From Amphiscolops sp. MND2022 (taxonomy: Eukaryota), in the NCBI GenBank assembly GCA_964187785.1, contig OZ076413.1, forward strand, positions 42,224,001 to 42,288,000: a stretch of DNA of 64,000 nt, written 5' to 3'. Of this stretch, positions 51,087 to 60,232 are shown in pieces. Position numbers and translations under genes: made by a program. Each line of letters opens with the position of its first letter. Position 1 is the stretch's first letter. A model generated the notes under the pieces. That model saw only the letters and a program-made list of their open reading frames with translations, made no database searches and was not told where the DNA came from.

Positions 51087-53234
51087 ATGAAATTATTTTA
51101 CTTACTCTTTTTATGCGCCCATTACGCGCCCGTTGTGATATTACAACGTCCAACGCCAAACCTCGCTAGCGTTGCTAAAAAACTGCGAGTAACTCATTTC
51201 GACTGCGGCGAAATGACCCAAAATAAACTCTACGCATTGAATCAAGTTGAACAATGCAATGTGGCACCTGAAAACTTAGAGGTAAGTCGTGCGAGCGTAA
51301 CGTTATACACTAAACATTTCCGCCGCACTATCAACGCCACTATGTGCCGTGTGAAACATCAGAGTGAAGAATGGCATTGTGGTTATCACGACCACTCCAG
51401 TATGTCAATCCTACACGACGGAATCACCAGCGATCTTTCCCTGTCACCCAAAACCTGCAAGGCAATGGGTGAAGGCAAAGAAGTCATAATCCATGGACAA
51501 CCCCTCAAATTTAAGAAAGGAGTGAAACAAGTACAGACGAGAAACGCCAAATACGGAAAGAGTTGGGACGGTGTACGCGACCCAGATACCCGAAATGAAT
51601 GCAAGACAGGTGGCTGGATCAAAAGAGAAACATTCGAATCTCACATCCAAGATGCTGAATTATCAGTAAAAACTCGAGATGGAAAAGTCCTGACTCCGTT
51701 TCAGATGGTCCTTCCCTGCCCCTTAGAACAACTAGGTTGCGAAACGACGTCACTGGACCCATACGCCTACACATGGGCGGAGCTCGATAATTGCGTGCTT
51801 GCAGTACATAGGAAAGAAATCGTGAACATGATCAAACACGGATCTAACTATTATATTGTAAGCGGCAACGACTCCACTACCAAATTTTTATTCGAAGTCT
51901 ACAACAGACCACAAAAGTATTGCAACAAACCAGACGATGTATACCCGACCAACTACGAATCCTTGTACGTTTCAATCCAACTTGGTGGCTTCGACATGAC
52001 GTCCGGCAGACGACTCGGCATCTCCATGGGAGAGACATCTAAACTGCAATACTATTCACCCGAAGATGGTTCTGGTAATGGCCGACTCCACCTCTTCCGA
52101 GGCCCGAGCGACCCCAACCCTAATACACCTCATTACCTCAACATGGATTACGAGTTACACCAAGGGACAAAGCTTGATTATCTCTTCTTTGAGAGCACTC
52201 GTCTCCTCGAAGCCTCAGAAATCCAACTCCTCAAAGCTCAATGTGAACAAGAACGAACTCAAATCCTCACTATCTTGATGTTATCAATGGAAAACCCTCG
52301 CCTCGCCGGATACATGCTCACGGGAAATCGCTCTATGTTCCTGAACACAGATGGCAGCCTCGCTTGGCTCTACCACTGTCCGGAATCCCACTCACCTCTT
52401 CACACGATGAACCGATGCTACGACCGCATACCCATCTTCTACAAAGGAGTGGTTGCCTTCGTGGACCCAATCACCCGACAGACCTATCCTAACGCGAACG
52501 CCCAAAATTGCAGCGATCGCATTAAGAACCTCTTTCAATTGGATATGGAAGACAAAGACTCCTGGTTTACCCTCACTCCTTCACCCGAACATCGCGACCG
52601 ACCTGCTCTCTTCGGACCCAAAGACATACAACCAATGATTACTAGATCCTTCCCTGGTTCACAAGACGCGGGAATGTACACGCCTAAACAACTCTCAGAA
52701 TTTTGGGACAACATCCTCATCAGCGCAGCGTCTCGCAACGCCCTCCAGAAGTTCTCACGAGAGCTCATCACACCCTCAATGGCCCATAGTGGACCTGAAT
52801 CATTCGCGTATTATGCACCCCGTACCGATTTTTATGTTGACGGCATGATATCACCCGGTTACTTCAAAAATCAGTTCCTTGAAACATTCGGAAGTATATC
52901 TTACGTATTAGAACTTTGCGGCGCGTATTTTGGCGCCTTTCTTTTCATTAAGTTCGTAATAGATATCACGGTACTCGTCTTCCGATACTTTGAACTTCGT
53001 CACCTAACAGGTAATACACTGAGCTTCACTAAAACATTGCTCAGTGCTTCGTACAACCTTTTCTTTACCTCAGTTTTAACTTCTGTATTCACACCGCGGG
53101 CCCCTTACGAGGATAGCGTTGAAGATAAAAACGCGAAAACTGAAGATAATGGAAAAGAAGTAGAACTCCAAGCACTGAAGAATAAGGAAGAATCACTTTA
53201 TCCCTCAGTACAGAGCTTCGTAGCTCCAATATAA
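51087..53234 (+). CDS. env: Envelope glycoprotein, chuvirus (Jingchuvirales) G-like, probable class III fusogen
   Basis: 715 aa with a signal peptide, the FDC..AL..V..C..C.V..CG.H.H N-terminal pattern, a Cys-rich ectodomain with sequons (NAT, NDS, NRS, NCS) and a C-terminal TM CGAYFGAFLFIKFVIDITVLVF. Acceptor tttcag lies just before the ATG. Confidence 0.88.
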   Translation: MKLFYLLFLCAHYAPVVILQRPTPNLASVAKKLRVTHFDCGEMTQNKLYALNQVEQCNVAPENLEVSRASVTLYTKHFRRTINATMCRVKHQSEEWHCGYHDHSSMSILHDGITSDLSLSPKTCKAMGEGKEVIIHGQPLKFKKGVKQVQTRNAKYGKSWDGVRDPDTRNECKTGGWIKRETFESHIQDAELSVKTRDGKVLTPFQMVLPCPLEQLGCETTSLDPYAYTWAELDNCVLAVHRKEIVNMIKHGSNYYIVSGNDSTTKFLFEVYNRPQKYCNKPDDVYPTNYESLYVSIQLGGFDMTSGRRLGISMGETSKLQYYSPEDGSGNGRLHLFRGPSDPNPNTPHYLNMDYELHQGTKLDYLFFESTRLLEASEIQLLKAQCEQERTQILTILMLSMENPRLAGYMLTGNRSMFLNTDGSLAWLYHCPESHSPLHTMNRCYDRIPIFYKGVVAFVDPITRQTYPNANAQNCSDRIKNLFQLDMEDKDSWFTLTPSPEHRDRPALFGPKDIQPMITRSFPGSQDAGMYTPKQLSEFWDNILISAASRNALQKFSRELITPSMAHSGPESFAYYAPRTDFYVDGMISPGYFKNQFLETFGSISYVLELCGAYFGAFLFIKFVIDITVLVFRYFELRHLTGNTLSFTKTLLSASYNLFFTSVLTSVFTPRAPYEDSVEDKNAKTEDNGKEVELQALKNKEESLYPSVQSFVAPI

Positions 53235-53280
53235 AGCCAAAAACATTTTCAAGTTCATTCATTCATTAGTTTACTTTTAG

Positions 53281-53862
53281 AATCTAGAACCACTATTCGA
53301 CCTACCAAGCCTGGACGACGATACCCTGGATCCTATCCCAGAAAGTGACCTAGAAATCGAACCCCTATCTCCTTCAGACTTTTTGACACCAGACTCGTCT
53401 ACAACAATTACCTTCCTTCCCGACCCCCCTGACTCAACGGTCCCATCATCACCCTCAAAATCTCCAACTCCAACCTTCACACCAACGCCATCCGACCAAC
53501 TCCCCTTTCTTTTGTCATTCACAGGAGACATACCACCAATCCCGTCAACACAACATCCTCCTAGATTTGGTGGAAAGGACATCAGAAGAACCACACCACA
53601 AAAACACTATCATGAATGGAACAACGAGATAGCCGATGAAGCACCCTTACATAAGCAACATAAAAGGGAATACTTCACTAGAAAAGCCAGATACGTTAAA
53701 AAACCTAGGTTTAACGCAAACCTAAAGTATTCTCTACTCCCACAGTTTTCAACCTGGAAAATCGTCTTTTGGGACAACAAAAGACAAGAATACACTATTG
53801 AGAACCCTGCACTGAAGGGACAGCGGCTGACAGTTCCCTTAAGATCCATATCTGCACAATGA
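53281..53862 (+). CDS. ATG-less accessory ORF (acidic/Pro-Ser-Thr-rich N-half, basic C-half), probably a spliced exon
   Basis: The frame opens right after ttacttttag (53280) and runs 193 codons with no Met. Its stop overlaps the next start (ATGA). Confidence 0.55.
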   Translation, partial: NLEPLFDLPSLDDDTLDPIPESDLEIEPLSPSDFLTPDSSTTITFLPDPPDSTVPSSPSKSPTPTFTPTPSDQLPFLLSFTGDIPPIPSTQHPPRFGGKDIRRTTPQKHYHEWNNEIADEAPLHKQHKREYFTRKARYVKKPRFNANLKYSLLPQFSTWKIVFWDNKRQEYTIENPALKGQRLTVPLRSISAQ

Positions 53863-54797
53863 GCCAAAAATTAAACCCAAATGCCACCCCCTTCATCCCA
53901 AAACACAAACCCTACCTACCGATCCCTAACCCCGACTGGCCACCTATGCCTGAAGAAAACGATCAAGAAGAACATGCAAACCTCGAAGGAGTGGAAAGAC
54001 TAAATATGTGGATTAGTGAATGGGAGAAATCAACTAGTACCTATAACCAGGGAACAAAAAGCACACCGCTTCGAAAGTCCTTCCCTTTAACGGACATTAA
54101 TCAACCCCAAAAGAAGTTAGAAAACCGAATCAAACTGCTATGTACCTCAATCGAAGAGGCACGAGATAAACGCCAACAATTGGAAGTCACTATCTTCGAT
54201 TTGCGAGCGACAATCAAACACCAAAGCTCCCTCCTTAGCAGAGCGAGCCAGATTGAAGCGAACGGTAAAGATTTTATCACTTGGCAAGTTTCCGCCTTCT
54301 CCACACTTTACCGAAAAGCAAGGACCTCTCCAGACGATCCCTTTCACAACATCAAAAACAGCTTCGCGAGCCCTATTTACCCAACATACCTATCAGGCTG
54401 CAAAATTTCCTTCAGAATATTCCCTTACGGGATAAACATCTTCCGTGGGACCCACTCTTCTATTAGCTGTGAACTTCATTATAGCGACTTCACTCACCCA
54501 CAAACATGGCCCTTTGATAAAACAGTAGAAGTCGAAATACTTGATCAGAAGGACGAAGGCAACAAGTGGTCCACACTTTTCCCAATCAACCCCCACAACC
54601 ACGAAGATACCCTTCACAATCTCTACACGCACCCGAACCTCCTCAAAGAAGACTTCATCCCTCATACGAAGTTACTTGTCAACTTCAGAGAAGCATTCCT
54701 AAACAATGACTCTATAATATTTAGAATCAAATTTAAGGAACCTTCCCCTCAGTCACTCGCGCTACATAACTCCCCCTTCTTTCAGTCTGACCCATAA
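53859..54797 (+). CDS. PAM2 motif - coiled coil - TRAF/MATH domain protein
   Basis: SQKLNPNATPFIP (PAM2), a heptad region, then ITWQV..SP.Y..GCKISFRIFPYG..RGTHSSI..WPFDKTVEVEILDQ..FLNNDSIIFRI (TRAF-C). Confidence 0.88.
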   Translation: MSQKLNPNATPFIPKHKPYLPIPNPDWPPMPEENDQEEHANLEGVERLNMWISEWEKSTSTYNQGTKSTPLRKSFPLTDINQPQKKLENRIKLLCTSIEEARDKRQQLEVTIFDLRATIKHQSSLLSRASQIEANGKDFITWQVSAFSTLYRKARTSPDDPFHNIKNSFASPIYPTYLSGCKISFRIFPYGINIFRGTHSSISCELHYSDFTHPQTWPFDKTVEVEILDQKDEGNKWSTLFPINPHNHEDTLHNLYTHPNLLKEDFIPHTKLLVNFREAFLNNDSIIFRIKFKEPSPQSLALHNSPFFQSDP

Positions 54798-54822
54798 CTC
54801 ATTTATCTTCTTTCATCCTGCC

Positions 54823-54833
54823 AGGGGGGTGAG
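54823..54833 (+). promoter_or_regulatory. Polypurine tract
   Basis: AGGGGGGTGAG ends 1 nt before the 3' LTR. Confidence 0.85.
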
Positions 54834-54834
54834 C

Positions 54835-56412
54835 TGTCGCGTTATGACTAACGCTTTAACAAACATAATTAGGTGCTAAAGTGCAGTTTATATTTAATTA
54901 ACAAATAAAGAAACAAACATGAACTAGAACTAACGTTTGTTTATGGGGGAGAAAGTTGTAGATGAAGATGGCGGCCATAAGGCGGCGGCCATAACGATGG
55001 TAATAATGATGATGAAGTACTGTGACGAGAAAGGAATTGCACAAGTGAAGAATTCTATATTATACCGCGTATATTTGAAATATGAAACCAACTATGATTG
55101 GTGAAAGATAAGCCATGCCTGCTACGCAGCGCACGATAAGAAATGCTTGGCTGTATATATACGGCCAACGCAGGCGAGGAGATTCATACACTTATTGAAA
55201 CGGACAGAGCTTAAACTTAAAAGCTCTCGTTTCTCTTCACTTCTCTTCCACTTCTCTCCCCTCACCCCTGCTCTTCTTTCTTACTTTACCCCCTTTCCTC
55301 TCCCTTTACTATTATCTTCCCCTTCAGACTTAGAAAGTCTATTTCTCGCCTTCACATTTCAATTCAGATTTCTATTTAACTCAACAAAACTTCTTGCTTT
55401 ATAACTCAGATCCAATGATTCTCTTTTAATCCTACCCTTGCATCTTAGAATATTTCTCCACTCATCCTTGATTTAACTTCAACTTCCAGAACCAATCTTC
55501 ATTTACAAGAAATTTCTAACTTAGAAATTTCTCTTCAATTTCGTCTCCGGTTTGGTGAGTCTGACTATTTAGACCTTTCAGTAGAGATTTCACTCTCTCT
55601 GAAACTTCAACTTTAGCTATTTTCCGCTGATTTCAATTCTGCGGTTGACAAAACTTTGACTTTAACTATTTTCCGCCGATATCAATTCTGCGGTTGACAA
55701 AACTTCAAATTTAGCTATTTTCCGCTGATTTCAATTCTGCGGTTGACAAAACTTTAACTTTGATTATTTTCATTAGAACTAAATAGTTCTATAAGGTTGA
55801 CGTTACATAAACGCACATAAGAAAAGGGATGATTGAAATTTTAAAGTGTTATATTATGAAAAAGTCTTAATGCTATTCAACTTTCTACTGAATAGAGACA
55901 TCTAAATCAAAACTCTTCCGTTTAAAATAGTACGGATTTGTAAATTTTGTTTGAGAAAAAGATTTCCGAAGAAAAAGGGAAATTCTTATTATTTGTAAAT
56001 AGTTTTATTTTCTTAAATGATAAATTGTAAAAGTTATATTACTTCTTCTTGTAAAGTGAAGTTGTAATCTTTATTAATCTGAGATTTGTAACAATTGAAA
56101 GAAATATTGCTATGTCCAGAAATTGTTCACTTTCAATATTCTCAACTCATTCGTAATTAAACATATTTATTCACCATACATTTTCAGTAAACGGGAAGCT
56201 CATTTACAAACACTGCCTTGCGCGACTCACGCGATTTCCTTTGTTCGCACGTACACGCAAGGCACCCCTTATCGGTACGATGCAAATTTATTTGTTGGGA
56301 CTTATACTGGTTAAATCAATACCAGAACGGTCGCTAGATAGTACCTTGTAAAATGCAAACAAGGACTTGTCAGATTAAAACTAATAAACAAATTTCACCC
56401 ATGCGTGCGACA
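54835..56412 (+). repeat. 3' LTR
   Basis: Matches the 5' LTR with about six substitutions seen by eye; followed by the CAAG TSD. Confidence 0.98.
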
Positions 56413-57051
56413 CAAGAGTATGCTTATAAGTTAAAAAAAAGGAAAATTTTGTAATGGGGATCTACTTGAACATATATGGAATTTCCTTGCAATGAATTAA
56501 AAACGTTTTATGATCATGCTATGACTGTGATGTTTTTATATACGGCCATTGCATGAACTAACATTTTTCATCTATTGTCATTCCATAAAAAATTACAGTA
56601 ATAGTTAGGCTCCGGTAACAACAAAAGGTACATCGGAGATCGCTGAGTTCGCAAAATGTATAGAAGTTACAAAAGAATTCAATTAAATTTCACATGAGCA
56701 TCTGTTACAGCAATAACTTTTTTCAGGGAGATTTGTAAATGCTCGATGTGTGCAAAACATTCAGTCCATAGAAGGACCATACTATGATCATTGTATGACT
56801 TGAATGGTTCTTTTTTTTAGTCATTGTATGACTGAATTGATTTATTGCATCACCATATATGGCTTTTTATGATTTGTTTTTTTTATTTTGAGGTCAACCC
56901 GGGTTAATTTGGTAGATTATATACACTAAAGTTGCTCCAAGGTCAAACTGAAAGCATGTTTTCTAATTTCAACAACCAACTATAGTTTCAAAGGTGAGAT
57001 GTAACTAAAATTGTAATTCTTGGTCTTACAATCACTGAAAGAAATACTCAC

Positions 57052-58079
57052 TTTTCTTGATTTTTTCAAAACGTTAAACTCGTCTCTGAATTTATCCTTC
57101 AGTTCTGTCAGGTCATCTTTCAGCTCGTTTTTCAGCAGTTTTTCGCTGTGCTGTCGGTTCTCTTTTTCATCAGATATCGACTATAAAAATAGTTTTCATT
57201 TGATCAAAAGTTCCGTTTTTTGTTGAAAGAAAAACACTAAATTTTTGAAACAAACTTTTTCCATTTGAGCAATCCTGCGAGTAGATTCTTCCTTCATTTT
57301 AGTTTCAGAGTCGTGTAGTTTCCGTCTGAACTCGTCAGCCAATCGATTCACTTGCTCATTCAGCTTCGAGTTCTCGTTTTCGTAAAGTGACGTCATTTCT
57401 TGCTTGAGTCGACTGCTTTCTTGTTGCACATCTGAGAAACTCCTTTGCAGGTCGGATAAAGCAAACTGAAGGTCGTTGACTCTAAAAAAAATAGATATAA
57501 ATTAGAAAATTTATTGACTAATTTCGCATTAGGCTACAATTACAGTAGGTATATCAAAAGGACGTCTTTCTTTTCTTTTTATTCAGCTCTTCTGTGAGAT
57601 ATCGTCAAGAAGGAAGTCCATAACACATTGAAAGAATTCTTCAGAGGTTACCTGGGCTTAGTCCCTCCTTCGGATTTTTTTTCGGAATTGGGTGTTTTTG
57701 GGGAATTTTTGGCTTGTGTTTTATCAAAAACGGGCAATGAATTCAGTTGAAATACTTTGCGCTTTTTGAGTTTTAATCGATGCTCCTATCTGATCCGTTG
57801 ATGGCTTGTTTAATCGCAATGACGCCACTGAGTGAAACTAATTGTATTTGTAAAAGAAGCTCGAACCTATTTCTGCCCGATTTCATCTCTTGTGTTAGTG
57901 AAAACTTTAAACTGCTTCGAGGTATCCGAGTCCAAAGTTTGAGGAACTGAAAAATTCTCACACTTCATGAAGTCTTTACTAACTTCCTGCTCAGAAATTG
58001 TTCTGAGTTCCTCTTTTCCGTTTCTTCTTTCAAATTTCGATTGCGTAGGTCGTTGACTACTGCTTGGAACTCGGCTATT
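57052..58079 (-). CDS. Three upstream coding exons of a host coiled-coil protein (57984-58079, 57256-57481, 57052-57180)
   Basis: GT..AG introns with matching phases (2, 0). E/K-rich helical translation. Ends in phase 0 at the GTGAGT donor at 57051. The gene start was not identified. Confidence 0.75.
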
Positions 58080-58206
58080 CTGAAACAGCATGTTTTTCAT
58101 GATTTGTTTCCTCAAACGTTCATTGTGCGTTTAGATCGATTGCATCTGGAAAAAACGAGCAGACATACTGTTGGAATGAAAATAAACTAAGATAAGTGGT
58201 TTCATT

Positions 58207-58605
58207 TAGGGCGGTCGGCGGTTAACCGGTTATGAAGTCCGTAACCGGTTATAAAATCCATAACCGGTTAACCGAAAAAACTTGAGTTATATTATTGCAG
58301 TGAAAATCAAATACATTTTTGTTAGTTTCCGCTCACTCACACATTTTCTCATTTACCCTTAGTGAAAAAATAAGTAATTAGCTTGCCTATTTTGTTGTAT
58401 TTCATGTGTTCTGAAAGTTTTATTTTTTTCCTGTTAATTCATATTCTGTTCATTTGCATTGCACTTATTTAATATTATAATTCAAGTTTTTGTTTGCAAA
58501 AAATTGTTTTCATTGAAAAGCTCTAGACCGTTCGGTTAACCAGTTAACCAGTTAAGAAATATCGGTTAACCGGTTACGGTCATTTTATAACCGCCGACAG
58601 TCCTA
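58207..58605. mobile_element. hAT-like MITE
   Basis: TIRs tagggcggtcggcggtta / taaccgccgacagtccta, subterminal taaccggtta repeats and an 8-bp TSD gtttcatt/gtttcact. Confidence 0.85.
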
Positions 58606-58698
58606 GTTTCACTGATATCCCTAATTATAGCAAAACATCAGTTTTGCTTGTCACGAAGTTACGTGCATTTTGGCAAAGTTGTTTGGGACATCAATGTA

Positions 58699-59452
58699 CA
58701 GTAGCGTTCTAAAATATTGCAACTCCAATGCTTAAAAGTGCAAATTTCAAATCCAAATTTCTTGAAAACTCTCACAAATACGAAAAAGTGTCAGCTCGAA
58801 AAGTTTCTTAGAATTTTATCTAGTTTACAAAAATGTTTGTTTGAAATTTCTGCAACAAAAATTACAAAAGTTAGAAATTGAAAATTTTGACAAAATTTAA
58901 TCAAATTTGAACTTTTTGTGGATTTTTACAAAGTTGAAAATATATTTTTGAACAATTTTCCGTCAATCATTTGCCCCCAAACCTCCGGAAGATGCTGATA
59001 TAGTTTGATCGGAAAACTTTTTCGATTTCAAATAAAAATCATCAATTTTCTAAATACAATTCTTAAAGCCTACCTTATTACATGTACTTCAGTGCTCATA
59101 GACATAAAATATTCTTCTTCTCGATAGAAAAAACTTCTCGATCAAAACACTTCAGTAGGTTCGGGAGATTATGGGAAGTTTCCCAATGAAAAAAAACCAA
59201 AAAAAAATTTATTCTGAGGTACTCAATTTTCGAAAAAACTCAAATTTCAATTAAAATTTACTAAAATTTGCAGTTTCTAACTTTTTTGGTAACAGTCGTA
59301 GAAATTTCAAACAAACATTTTTGTAAACTAGATAAAATTCTGAGAAACTTTCCTAGCTGGCAAAATTTTGTATTCGTGACAGTTTATGAGATATTTGGTT
59401 TTGAATTTTGCCATTTTATGCTATGAGGTTGCGATATTTTAGAACGCTACTG
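58699..59452. mobile_element. Tc1/mariner-like foldback MITE with long TIRs
   Basis: cagtagcgttctaaaatat.. / ..atattttagaacgctactg with a TA TSD; inverted similarity extends about 200 bp. Confidence 0.85.
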
Positions 59453-59561
59453 TAAACGTTTGACTTCAGCATCGCTTGTTATTTCAACAAACAATGAGGT
59501 TACATTTGCAAGTGGATCATGCGTCTGAGAGCTAGAAATTTCAAGAGAAAAACTTGGCTTA

Positions 59562-60232
59562 CAGTACTGTGATTAAGAAATCCCCCTATGTGCTGAACGT
59601 CGTTATCAACCAATTAGAATTGCTTATTTGCTCTCACTTTCAATTCTGATTGGCGCATCAAGTGAAATCTTAGGCGCAGGAAGAACACTTCTGCTATTTT
59701 CCCAATTTTCGGCAGGTTTTTGAAATACTTTTTTGAAAAATTTTAATTTCATCGAATTCTGCAGATTGTATAGAATTCACTGATATATTTTTTTGTTCCA
59801 AAAACATTCTAAATGAAAAAATTATCGCAGTTTTTCGGCTCGAAACGTTCATTTCCTATCTTAATACAGGTAAATCGCCGAAATTTCACCTTTCGAGCAT
59901 GAAATTGCGAAAACGGTTGATAATTTTTGAAATCGAAAAATATCCATAGATTGAGTAGATCTGTGCGAGTTATTTGAGCATAAAACTTGCCAAACAAACT
60001 GTGGATAAAACGGTCAAAAATTGGAAAAACGTAAAAAAGTCCCAAATTTGCTCAAAATCATCTATATGTAACTTTCTCAATTTTCGTCCCAGAAAAATTT
60101 AAAAAACACTAATGTAAACTAGATTAAATTCTAAGAAACTTTTATTTCTGATGTTTTTAAAAATTCTCAACCGATTTCGAGAAAATCGAGCCTAAATTCG
60201 TCCCGGGGGATGTTTTCTTAATCACAGTACTG
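59562..60232. mobile_element. Tc1/mariner-like MITE
   Basis: cagtactgtgattaagaaa / tttcttaatcacagtactg with a TA TSD. Confidence 0.85.

Larger units (their letters stand above)
38522..56412 (+). mobile_element. Full-length 17.9-kb env-containing Ty3/Gypsy LTR retroelement (endogenous-retrovirus-like)
   Basis: Two 1578-bp LTRs offset by 16313 nt, TGTCGC..GCGACA termini, CAAG TSD (38518-38521, 56413-56416), PBS, PPT and PR-RT-RH-IN order. Confidence 0.98.

Noticed and set aside
57773..58115. ORF-track entries 57773-57961 and 57867-58115 as host exons
   Set aside because: The splice-consistent exon is 57984-58079, in a different frame (IAEFQAVVNDLR..).
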